This document shows positions 52,568 through 60,840 of a stretch of 64,000 nucleotides of DNA, in pieces. Origin of the DNA: Candidatus Saccharimonadales bacterium. GTDB taxonomy: Bacteria > Patescibacteriota > Saccharimonadia > Saccharimonadales > SZUA-47. Location: the NCBI GenBank assembly GCA_041737385.1, contig JBGSRU010000002.1:461437-525436 (forward strand), given 5' to 3'. A model generated the notes under the pieces. That model searched no databases. It saw only the letters and a list, made by a program, of their open reading frames with translations, and was not told the DNA's origin. Made by a program: the position numbers and the translations under genes. How positions within the stretch are numbered: the first letter of the stretch is position 1; every line of letters begins with the position of its first letter.

Positions 52568-55500
52568 CTACCTTATGTTTCTGCCTTCACACCATGCATG
52601 AGTACCTGCGTTGAAAGTTCCTGTACTTGTAAGGAATGTAACTGTCGTAATTGCATTTGTCGTATTTGACCAGTTGCCTGTTCCACTATAGCGACGGTTA
52701 TTTGTCCCTATGCCTGTTACTCCACTATAAGACCAGTCTACAATTTTTTGAGTATCCACAAAGTTAGTAATACGTAGTGTTGCACTTGCAGGTATTACTC
52801 CGGTGTCAAGACCCGTTAGTTGTATCTCGCTGTCTGAACTATCTTGAGCGTCACCAACAGCATTGTTAATTATATCGTACTCATTCCATCCGTAAGATGC
52901 TGCACCTGAATCACCGTTAAAACGTAAGTATATGCCGCCTGCTACCGATCGACCCTTGGTGTCTATTCTGCATTCAATATATTCAGTTCCTGATGCTAAG
53001 TTTAATGTAATTGTTCCACTCGCTGCACTAAGTGTTGATTCTGCTAGAACACGCTTTGAAGCACAATCAGACCAAAATCCACCTTCATAACAACGAGATT
53101 TACCGTCAGCAGAATTGTAGTAACTTCCTCCGTTAATACCCGTTGGATCTCCAGTTGTGTTTTTTGTATCTAGCACGAATAATACGCCAACAGCATCTGC
53201 CGTAATCGATCCGACTCTAACAGTTCCAGTACTTGTATCGATGCTAAAGTAACTTAAGCCTCCAACATTTCGAATATCTAAAGCTGTTGAACTAGTGGAT
53301 TGAATTTGTAATGCTCCTGTATTTGCTACAGTGAATACGGCTCCACCGTTTCTTTGAAGATTAATGAGATTCCCAGTAGCCGAAGTTTTGTTGACGGCCA
53401 ATACATCATTGTTTGAAGCATCCGTCTGGATGACTCCCGCAGCTAGCCTCAAATAACCACAGGTATTTGTATTACTTAGACAAATTGTACCGGCTTCATC
53501 TGGCAACGATACTGCCCTTGCAACTGTTGCGTTTGAGTTGATTGTTGATTGGCCTAAAACGAGTCCAGCGCTAAAGGTTTTCGTTCCACTGAAGGTTTGA
53601 GAGCCAGCAAGCTGAGCAACGTTAGCAGATAATCTTGCATCGGCTACAGTACCAGTCGATACATTTGTTCCGTTAAGAGCTGTAAGCCCTGAGCCATCTC
53701 CAGTAATTGCTGTACCTGCGATTGTACCAGTTACTGTAATATTTCCAGTAACGCCTACACTTGCACTGAAAGTTTGGCCACCATTCAGCAATGCAACGTT
53801 AGTTGAGAGTCTTGCGTCAGCGACAGTCCCGCTAGATATATTAGTACCATCCAATGTTGTTAGTCCGGAGCCGTTGCCACTGAATGCATTTGCTGATACG
53901 GTGCCGCTAAACGTTGGAGCGTTTCCTATCGTAATTGCTCCGCAAGTACCGCCGGTACCGAGAGTAATTGTATTGCCACCGCCGCTTAGATTACCACTTC
54001 CTGACGGACATATTAATGTAATGTTTCCTTGTACTGCGGTGTTAGCAGCTGAACCGTATATTACGTTGAGTGCGTTGCCGCTGAATGTCAAACCATTACC
54101 TGTTAGATCTGTAAATGCTTCGCCGTTGACTGTTAAGTTCTGGCCAGTTGTTACAGTTAGTCCAGCGCCAAATGTTTTAAGACCAGAGAATGATTGTGAT
54201 CCGGTTAACAATGCCACATTAGTAGATAATCTTGCGTCATCTAGAGTTCCTGAGGCAATGTTTGATGCATTGACATTGGTAATACTTCCACCGGATATAT
54301 TTGCACCATTTAAGTTAGTTAAGCCTGAGCCGTTTCCGCTAATAACTCCTGCTACGGAAAGCCCATTAGATACAATTACGTCACCTGTTGAGCCATCAAT
54401 ATTTATTCTCGCTAGACCATTCGTGATCAAGTTCAGATCAAACGTATCTGCTGTTCCTAGGTTTGCATCTATACCAAAACTGTTTCCGCTCTGAATAAAC
54501 GGCTGTGCAAATCCTGCTGTTAGTTCATCTGTTTTTTCCGCAATTGTCCAAGACTGTCCAGCAAGACTTAATTGTGCTCCACTACTTCCTGCTTGTGAAC
54601 ACACAACTTCGTAGTACTCATTATTTAGTGTTGTTTGTATGTAAGCGCTTGCTGAGTTAGAACTATTACCATCGGTCACATTTCTTACATATGAGTATGA
54701 TCCACCAGGTGTGTTATATGTAGTACCGTTAAGAAGTATACGGCAATAGATATTGTTTCTATTGGCGCCGCCATTGAAGCCACTAATATTATAGCTAATC
54801 TTATACCATCCTGGATTATCTATATAGACACGGGTATTATCAACTGAATTACTGTGTGCAAAACCTGGATCTTTTTTGGATTCAGAGCCCCAAGGAAGTG
54901 GCGTTGGAGTTGGATCATTAAGATCTGTTCCTCCAGCTGAATCATACACTTGAATAACTGCAACTCCTAAATTAACTGGAGTGCCTGTGAACGACTGCCA
55001 TGTCAGTCCGTCAAATCCTTGGAACGCTGTTCCGTTCCACCTAATGGTTCCGGCTACAGTGGCTGTTGAGTTCCCGATTACTAATCCATTATCAAATGTG
55101 TTTACTCCGCTAAATGTTTGTGTACCGTCTAACAAAGAAACATTTCCAGACAATCTACCATCATCAAGACTACCGGTTGCTATATTTGATGCACTTAACC
55201 CAGTTATTACTGAGCCTGAGATATTTGCTCCATCTAGATTAGTAATTCCGGATCCGTCACCACTAATAACTCCAGATACAGATAGTCCTCCGCCAATCTC
55301 TGTGTCGTTTCCGTTAGACTGGAGCTTTAATGCAGTAGTGCTTTGAATGCTTCCATCGCTAATCGTCGTTGAGCCAGCGCCGACAACAACTCCGCCTAAG
55401 AAATACCCTTGAAAGAATCGGTTGCTCTGCGAAGTATAGTCTGTTGTTGTTGCGCCTATATTCTGCACACTATACTTAGTCACTGTTCGTGCGCTTTCAA

Positions 55501-58500
55501 ATGTGATTGAAGGAGACACTATATATGTACCCGTCCCAGGATCCGACGCAATTCTCGTATAATAATCTTGCCCTATATTATCTATAAGTATCACGTCATT
55601 TAATTCAAACGAATCAGCAGCTAACGTAAGCGTCGTAGTGTTTGTACCTGTGCCACTAGTCGTACCCGTTGTTGCAGTAGCTGATTGATTAGCAACAAGA
55701 TCACCGCTGAGAGTAGTTAGTCCGGCAATCGAAACATCTCCACTATTAGATATGCCTATTCTCTCAATATTATTAGTTATGATAGATAAACCATTATTAT
55801 CACTAGTTCCAAGTATCGCTGGGCTTCCAAATGAATTACCATTCTGAACGAATGGTTGTCCTGATCCACCTGCGCCAATAGAACGAATTGCTTGGACGTA
55901 ACTTCCGCTAAAGACAATTGTATTTGTCGCATTAGAGACTTGTTGAGCCCACTGCAAAGTTATGTTGCCAGCTGTAGGGCCGTTTTTCACTGATCCCGTG
56001 ATTTCATATAAATCATTTGCGGCATTACCAGATATAAGACCTGTTGAGATTCCACATCCAAGCTGCGCAATCGAAGTTGCACCTTCTGGATCGCTGTAAG
56101 CAACCCGGCAAACTGCACCTGAAGGAGCAGCAACAGCAAATTTGATGTCAGGAACGGCTGCTGCATTAGCCTGAACAACAAACCTATACGTCCATTCTTC
56201 GTTTGGTCCTATTGAGAAAGTTAATTCATCATCATTTTGCAGGGTTATATTACTTATAACTGATTCATTAACTTGCTTAACTTTAGATACTATATTTTGA
56301 CTAGCGCCCGATCCCCCACCGCCAGATGTTAGAGATCTCCAAGTCGCTCCATCAAATCCTTCAAAGTCTAGACCGGTCCAACGAATTGTACCAGCTGTAG
56401 TAGATGAACTATTTCCAACCGTAAGACCTCCTGACGCAGTTACATTCCCGGTGCTATCAACACTAAAAGTATCAGTTCCATTGTTTTGTACTTTGAATTT
56501 TCCATTTGATCCGCTTAAAATATCGATTATAAAATTGCTATCAATCGCTGTGTCTGCGAGACTGATTGTAAAATCTTTATTGTCTGCAGTTAGAATTGAG
56601 GCAGAAAGTGAGTTGTCATATACGTCTTGAAGGGTGCTTAAACCGCCACTCCCGCTACCTGCACCTCCGTCATACTCAACGCTCCAGTAAACAGTAAAGT
56701 CATTTGTGTTAACAGGAAGAAAACCAGCACTAGTATCAAAAGCTAGCCCAATGGTATCTCCAGCAGAAAATGTTACAACTCCTGGGTTTAGAACAGAAGC
56801 TGACTGACGATTTGTAGTTGAATCCATGTCACAGACCGTTGAGCCAACTCGAGCTCCGTTAACCGTCCACCTAAGAGCGAGTGTGCCAGCGGTTATATTT
56901 GCAGTGTTTTTTATTAAACAAGTTCTGAAGCTACCATCTGCAGGTGCAGTGAAGCCCGTAACTCCTGCGACATTTGAAACAGCGGTTGCAGAAGTGAACA
57001 CCAAGGTTTCGACTATAGCACCCGTTGCGTTTGCTGGGGCATTTTGTAAGCCTGAAATAAAGCTTGCAGTTGTTCCTGTATAGGTACCGCCACTTCCACC
57101 ACCAATACAATCTTTCCATTCCCCATCTTCATAACAACGGAATTTACCGAGCGCGCTATTGTAGTACATTGCTCCATCAACGCCAGTTGGATCGGCAATA
57201 TCTGTTTTGGTATCGAGAACTAATAGCGTCCCTGCTGTGTCAGCTTGGCCGATATTTACATTCAGCCCGCTTTGTATGTTTATCCCCCCACTACCACTTT
57301 GTAGTAGTGTTGCCGCGGAGCCTACCGAGCCACCGAACGTTGCTTGTGAATTCAGCGTATCAACTTTCAAGAATGAGCTACCAAGTGTGTCTTGAACATC
57401 AAAAGCATTTACTGAATTTGTGTTATTTTGTGCCAAAACTGAACCTTTCAGTGTAGTTGAACCGTTTGTACCGAACTCTGCAACCACATTACCGTCTGTG
57501 ATGATTTGTAAGTTATTTGTATCTGTTGTACCGAGTATTGCCGTTGAGCCAAATGCATTCCCATTTTGTTCAAAACTAGTTCCACTTCCGCCGCCCGCTG
57601 CAACTCCAGTTATGGATATGGTATCAAGCCCAAAATCGTTATTCCAAACACTTCCAACTGAGCCAAGCGTCACCAAGAATCGAACTTGAGTTGAAGCATT
57701 TGATATCACTCCCGTTAAATCAAGATTTTCAAGATTCCACTGTTGTGTACCTCCTGTTGCGACATCTGGGCCACCTGATCCGTATGTACCGCGAGTTACC
57801 CAGCCAGCACTAGCTTCGTTAGTTTGAACTTCAACAATAGCAACATTGTCATTTCCTCTTTGGTTCCAGTAAAAATCAACAGTCCAATCATTTGTACTAG
57901 CGTCTATCACCGTGTTGTGAGTCATCGTGAAAGTATCGCCGCCAGCTGCAGGTGAAGTCGCTTCGGTATATACATAGCCATCTGGATTACCTCCTTGACC
58001 CGATGTAGGTCCAACATCTGTTGATGGAGTGTCATTTGTATCGTGAGACCAGGCTCTTGCGGTTCCTGAAGCGTTTAAGCCGTTAGAGCCGTTATCAGAT
58101 ACAAAGCTCCATGCAGATTCATCGGCATCGTTATCATTATCAAAAGTGTACGGCCCATAAACACCCGGACCGCCAGCACTTCCACTACCTAAAGCCGTTA
58201 ATGATTTCCAAACTATTCCATCATAACCCTCAAAATCAAATCCTGTCCATCTAATCATTCCAGCATTGGCATTCGATGTATTGCCAATTTGCAAACCGGC
58301 ACTTAGTATCGTTTCTCCAGATTTCAGAATGCTAAACACATCGACTCCATCACCTTGAAGTTGCAAAAGATTACCTGTACCAACTTGATTTATACGAAGC
58401 GCTGCTAGTGCGCTGCTAACCGTTTGGACATTAGCTGGTGCAAGTTGTGCGAAATCATCAGCAGTCTTAGCATTTCCTGCAGAGTCAACAAGGGCACCCG

Positions 58501-58942
58501 CCCTAAGAGCATACGGCACTGCGGTCAATTTAAATCGAGGTGTCATTTCTCCGTCGCTGTTGACGTTCATTGTTAGCCACATATCTTGATCCCATGGTAT
58601 TGAACCGCCAAACGCTGTTGTGTCGCCTAGATAAACACTGAAATAACCATTCTTAACCGTAACTGCAGAACCACCTGTTCTGGTTTCTGTCCACCAGTTA
58701 GTTCCAGCAGATGGATCATCATAAATCTTGAACTCGATATTGTACGACCCATCAGGAACCAACCCTCCAGTACTCGTTAATAATCTTCCCTGAAAGTTAA
58801 GTGTAGAAGAGGTTGCAGCGGTTGTGTTACTCGTGGATCCAAGAACAGTAACAGATAGAATAAGCAAAATAAAAAGTGGCAAAAATATACCTTTAAAAGA
58901 TATATTTTGCCACAGAGTGTGCCTTTGCTTATAGTTAGTCAT
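52568..58942 (-). CDS. giant (2124 aa) membrane-anchored surface protein built from tail-fibre-like repeats
   Basis: N-terminal signal anchor and an LNFQGRL...VPYALRA domain. MAM-like module at aa ~262-446 (ends NDFGLDTISI). Three copies of GTIRW(T/N)G..F(E/Q)G(F/Y)DG..W.S(L/F)T and four or more copies of G(D/N)GSGLT.L(N/D)G(A/T)N(I/V)S.G.(L/V)(D/A)DARLS.NVA.L.G.Q.FSG.KTF. Two Cys-pair motifs DPTG..G..YYNS..GK.RCYE.G.W.DC. Confidence 0.75.
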   Translation of the reverse strand: MTNYKQRHTLWQNISFKGIFLPLFILLILSVTVLGSTSNTTAATSSTLNFQGRLLTSTGGLVPDGSYNIEFKIYDDPSAGTNWWTETRTGGSAVTVKNGYFSVYLGDTTAFGGSIPWDQDMWLTMNVNSDGEMTPRFKLTAVPYALRAGALVDSAGNAKTADDFAQLAPANVQTVSSALAALRINQVGTGNLLQLQGDGVDVFSILKSGETILSAGLQIGNTSNANAGMIRWTGFDFEGYDGIVWKSLTALGSGSAGGPGVYGPYTFDNDNDADESAWSFVSDNGSNGLNASGTARAWSHDTNDTPSTDVGPTSGQGGNPDGYVYTEATSPAAGGDTFTMTHNTVIDASTNDWTVDFYWNQRGNDNVAIVEVQTNEASAGWVTRGTYGSGGPDVATGGTQQWNLENLDLTGVISNASTQVRFLVTLGSVGSVWNNDFGLDTISITGVAAGGGSGTSFEQNGNAFGSTAILGTTDTNNLQIITDGNVVAEFGTNGSTTLKGSVLAQNNTNSVNAFDVQDTLGSSFLKVDTLNSQATFGGSVGSAATLLQSGSGGINIQSGLNVNIGQADTAGTLLVLDTKTDIADPTGVDGAMYYNSALGKFRCYEDGEWKDCIGGGSGGTYTGTTASFISGLQNAPANATGAIVETLVFTSATAVSNVAGVTGFTAPADGSFRTCLIKNTANITAGTLALRWTVNGARVGSTVCDMDSTTNRQSASVLNPGVVTFSAGDTIGLAFDTSAGFLPVNTNDFTVYWSVEYDGGAGSGSGGLSTLQDVYDNSLSASILTADNKDFTISLADTAIDSNFIIDILSGSNGKFKVQNNGTDTFSVDSTGNVTASGGLTVGNSSSTTAGTIRWTGLDFEGFDGATWRSLTSGGGGSGASQNIVSKVKQVNESVISNITLQNDDELTFSIGPNEEWTYRFVVQANAAAVPDIKFAVAAPSGAVCRVAYSDPEGATSIAQLGCGISTGLISGNAANDLYEITGSVKNGPTAGNITLQWAQQVSNATNTIVFSGSYVQAIRSIGAGGSGQPFVQNGNSFGSPAILGTSDNNGLSIITNNIERIGISNSGDVSIAGLTTLSGDLVANQSATATTGTTSGTGTNTTTLTLAADSFELNDVILIDNIGQDYYTRIASDPGTGTYIVSPSITFESARTVTKYSVQNIGATTTDYTSQSNRFFQGYFLGGVVVGAGSTTISDGSIQSTTALKLQSNGNDTEIGGGLSVSGVISGDGSGITNLDGANISGSVITGLSASNIATGSLDDGRLSGNVSLLDGTQTFSGVNTFDNGLVIGNSTATVAGTIRWNGTAFQGFDGLTWQSFTGTPVNLGVAVIQVYDSAGGTDLNDPTPTPLPWGSESKKDPGFAHSNSVDNTRVYIDNPGWYKISYNISGFNGGANRNNIYCRILLNGTTYNTPGGSYSYVRNVTDGNSSNSASAYIQTTLNNEYYEVVCSQAGSSGAQLSLAGQSWTIAEKTDELTAGFAQPFIQSGNSFGIDANLGTADTFDLNLITNGLARINIDGSTGDVIVSNGLSVAGVISGNGSGLTNLNGANISGGSITNVNASNIASGTLDDARLSTNVALLTGSQSFSGLKTFGAGLTVTTGQNLTVNGEAFTDLTGNGLTFSGNALNVIYGSAANTAVQGNITLICPSGSGNLSGGGNTITLGTGGTCGAITIGNAPTFSGTVSANAFSGNGSGLTTLDGTNISSGTVADARLSTNVALLNGGQTFSASVGVTGNITVTGTIAGTAITGDGSGLTALNGTNVSTGTVADARLSANVAQLAGSQTFSGTKTFSAGLVLGQSTINSNATVARAVSLPDEAGTICLSNTNTCGYLRLAAGVIQTDASNNDVLAVNKTSATGNLINLQRNGGAVFTVANTGALQIQSTSSTALDIRNVGGLSYFSIDTSTGTVRVGSITADAVGVLFVLDTKNTTGDPTGINGGSYYNSADGKSRCYEGGFWSDCASKRVLAESTLSAASGTITLNLASGTEYIECRIDTKGRSVAGGIYLRFNGDSGAASYGWNEYDIINNAVGDAQDSSDSEIQLTGLDTGVIPASATLRITNFVDTQKIVDWSYSGVTGIGTNNRRYSGTGNWSNTTNAITTVTFLTSTGTFNAGTHAWCEGRNIR

Positions 58943-59045
58943 TTTGGAGAATTTGTTTTTGTTTTCCCAACAAACGAGCCAGTTTGAGCTCTATTCATTG
59001 TTGATCTGTAATTTTTTGTTTTTGTTTTCAGTCAGATCTGATAAC

Positions 59046-59074
59046 AGTGTACCTTCTCTGTTGTTCTAGGTCAA
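59046..59074 (-). promoter_or_regulatory. putative promoter of the giant gene
   Basis: Minus strand reads TTGACC (59074-59069), a 17-nt spacer, then TACACT (59051-59046). A ~100-nt A/C-rich leader follows, containing GAAAACAAAAACAAA twice. Confidence 0.4.
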
Positions 59075-59310
59075 GAAATCATAAGAAGTATCACCGAAGT
59101 TATCCACAAACCATACATCGTAAAGTCAAAGCCGTTTTATAGCCAATTAACCCAAAAGCTCTAGTCAGCACTATAGCCGTAAATGACTAGCCGTATATTA
59201 CCATTACTTTAAGCGCTCACCCCCGCCAACAATCTAAACCACTCTGCGAAGGTCAGACCTTTGCAGAAAATATAAATGCTGGTTGTCAAATAGGTCGCTG
59301 CTATACGGGC

Positions 59311-59922
59311 TTACTCTGCGAGTTGATGTTTGATTTCGTCTAGCGTGTTTTTGTAGTCTGCGTGGTCCTGAATGAACGAACTGTACTCTGCCGTAGATTT
59401 ATCCATCATCACCCTTTCCGGTTTTACCCAGTTCGAGAATAATTTACCTAGATACTGAGATAGACTAGAGTACTCCCACTGCATGTAGTCACGAGGATTG
59501 AGGTGAATATAGCGAGTAATGTGCTCTAGGTACGCCTCATCATCGATCAACGACGCTTTGAATACTCCCTGGAACAGATGACCTACCCTGTTATGCCTCT
59601 TGTTGTAGTAGGTTGTGTACGATCCAGAAACCTTCCTCATTAACTCTGTTATCGATGCAGTGTTTTTGTCCAGATAGAGCAGCAGATGAAAATGGTTAGG
59701 CATGAGGCAGAAGGCGTTTAGTTCAACTCGCTCGCTGTAGTTTTCATATACATTACCTCTATTGTCTTCAGATTTTTCAGGGCTTAGATACCTTTTCAGT
59801 AGATTCATAAAGACAGCATAGTCTTCTTTGTCGCTATAGATGATTTGCTTATTCACACCTCTGTTGTAGACGTGATAGAAGTGCCCTTCTCCGTATTGCT
59901 TGATTACATTTTTGCTTGGCAT
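59311..59922 (-). CDS. IS200/IS605-family Y1 (HUH) transposase, RAYT-like
   Basis: HFYHVYNRGVNKQ N-terminus, HUH motif MPNHFHLLL, Tyr helix SYTTYYNKRHNRVGHLFQGVFKA and YIHLNPRD. 203 aa. Confidence 0.8.
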   Translation of the reverse strand: MPSKNVIKQYGEGHFYHVYNRGVNKQIIYSDKEDYAVFMNLLKRYLSPEKSEDNRGNVYENYSERVELNAFCLMPNHFHLLLYLDKNTASITELMRKVSGSYTTYYNKRHNRVGHLFQGVFKASLIDDEAYLEHITRYIHLNPRDYMQWEYSSLSQYLGKLFSNWVKPERVMMDKSTAEYSSFIQDHADYKNTLDEIKHQLAE

Positions 59923-59952
59923 ACTTACACTCTACTCCCATCTACTCCGCTT

Positions 59953-60019
59953 TGCAAAGGTCAGACCTCCGCGACTAAAAATAGGACAAATAACACCTTG
60001 CGGAGGTCTGACCTTTGCA
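59953..60019. repeat. perfect 20-bp inverted repeat (REP doublet) with 27-nt spacer
   Basis: tgcaaaggtcagacctccgc ... gcggaggtctgacctttgca. Each arm contains the near-palindromic core aggtc-n-gacct. Confidence 0.9.
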
Positions 60020-60082
60020 GATAAGATGGGGCTAAGTTAAGGAGGTTTTGTTAATTGTTGTGGGGGTGGGGTTAGCTTAGGG

Positions 60083-60220
60083 TTATTGGAGGATTTGGTA
60101 GTCAAAGGTGTAGATTGTGTTGGCTGTTGGGGTGTCTACGGAAGTGGATTGTGAAGCCTGTAGTTGTGGTTTCCACAAAGTATCTGACGGTAGCGCTGTT
60201 TATGCCTTTTGGCGTTAGAG
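60083..60220 (-). pseudogene. decayed duplicate of the 3' end of the tail-fibre gene
   Basis: The minus strand translates to LTPKGINSATVRYFVETTTTGFTIHF, then a frameshift near 60140-60146, then (T)SVDTPTANTIYTFDYQILQ-stop. The intact gene end reads LTPLTAEAATLDYFVTRNVNGFKINFTSAPSATTTYSFDYQILQ-stop. DNA next to the stop is near-identical (tta[c/t]tggaggatttggtagtcaaag). Confidence 0.75.
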
Positions 60221-60487
60221 CTAGTAGACTTGGCTATGGGTGCCAATGTCTAAGAATATGAAAGTATCGTCTGTTTCTTTATATATTATCCTTATGTCTC
60301 CCGATATTGAAAAAGCTCGCAAGCCTGACTTTTTGCCTATAAGCGCGTGGTCGTTGATTGGGTTACCCCTTTCTCCATTTAAAAATATTCTTACTCGTTC
60401 TTCGAATTGTTTTTGTATCTTTGGATTTCTAGCAACTCGAGACAAATAGTTCTTTGTGAACTTTTTATCTCTTTGTATGTTTTTCAT
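60221..60487 (-). CDS. type II toxin, RelE/YafQ (mRNA interferase) family
   Basis: 88 aa. KFTKNY...NDHALIGKKSGLRAFSISGDIRIIYKETDDTFIFLDIGTHSQVY fits the RelE/YafQ C-terminal pattern (H.L.G....R....D.R.iY.......l..iG.Hs.vY). 4-nt overlap with the upstream antitoxin. Confidence 0.8.
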   Translation of the reverse strand: MKNIQRDKKFTKNYLSRVARNPKIQKQFEERVRIFLNGERGNPINDHALIGKKSGLRAFSISGDIRIIYKETDDTFIFLDIGTHSQVY

Positions 60488-60786
60488 AATTCTCTTAAGT
60501 CAGCTAGAAATTCTTCTGGATCGGTATAAGTCTTCACTTTGCCGGCTTTTAAGTCTTTTTCGAACCCTTCTAGTTGTTTCATGTAGCGAGCTTCGGCTTC
60601 AGGGCTTAATTTTCGTTCATCTGAATTAGTAAGGTTGAACTGCAAATTATTATTCAACACCGTGCTGTACATAACTCTTGTGAAATCCTGTACGGAACTA
60701 AAGCCCATAGACTTTGCATGTTTTTCTACCCTATCGCGCAAGGTCTTATCTAGCGGTATTTGAAGTTTAACGGTTGAATCACTCAT
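60484..60786 (-). CDS. type II antitoxin (RelB/DinJ-like, ribbon-helix-helix N-terminus)
   Basis: 100 aa. N-terminal VKLQIPLDKTLRDRVEKHAKSMGFSSVQDF is RHH-like. Position and ATGA coupling to the toxin gene support the call. Confidence 0.7.
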   Translation of the reverse strand: MSDSTVKLQIPLDKTLRDRVEKHAKSMGFSSVQDFTRVMYSTVLNNNLQFNLTNSDERKLSPEAEARYMKQLEGFEKDLKAGKVKTYTDPEEFLADLREL

Positions 60787-60792
60787 GACTAC

Positions 60793-60821
60793 AGAGTATC
60801 AAAGTGGTTAAAGTATGTCAA
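60793..60821 (-). promoter_or_regulatory. promoter of the TA cassette (leaderless transcript predicted)
   Basis: Minus strand reads TTGACA (60821-60816), a 17-nt spacer, then TACTCT (60798-60793). The -10 box ends 6 nt before the antitoxin ATG at 60786. Confidence 0.5.
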
Positions 60822-60840
60822 TATAATACTTTATTGAGGG

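Larger units (their letters stand above)
59246..60019 (-). mobile_element. RAYT (REP-associated tyrosine transposase) unit with flanking REP-like palindromes
   Basis: The IS200-like Y1 transposase gene is bracketed by gcgaaggtcagacctttgca (59246-59265) and gcggaggtctgacctttgca (60000-60019), with an inverted partner tgcaaaggtcagacctccgc (59953-59972). Confidence 0.7.
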
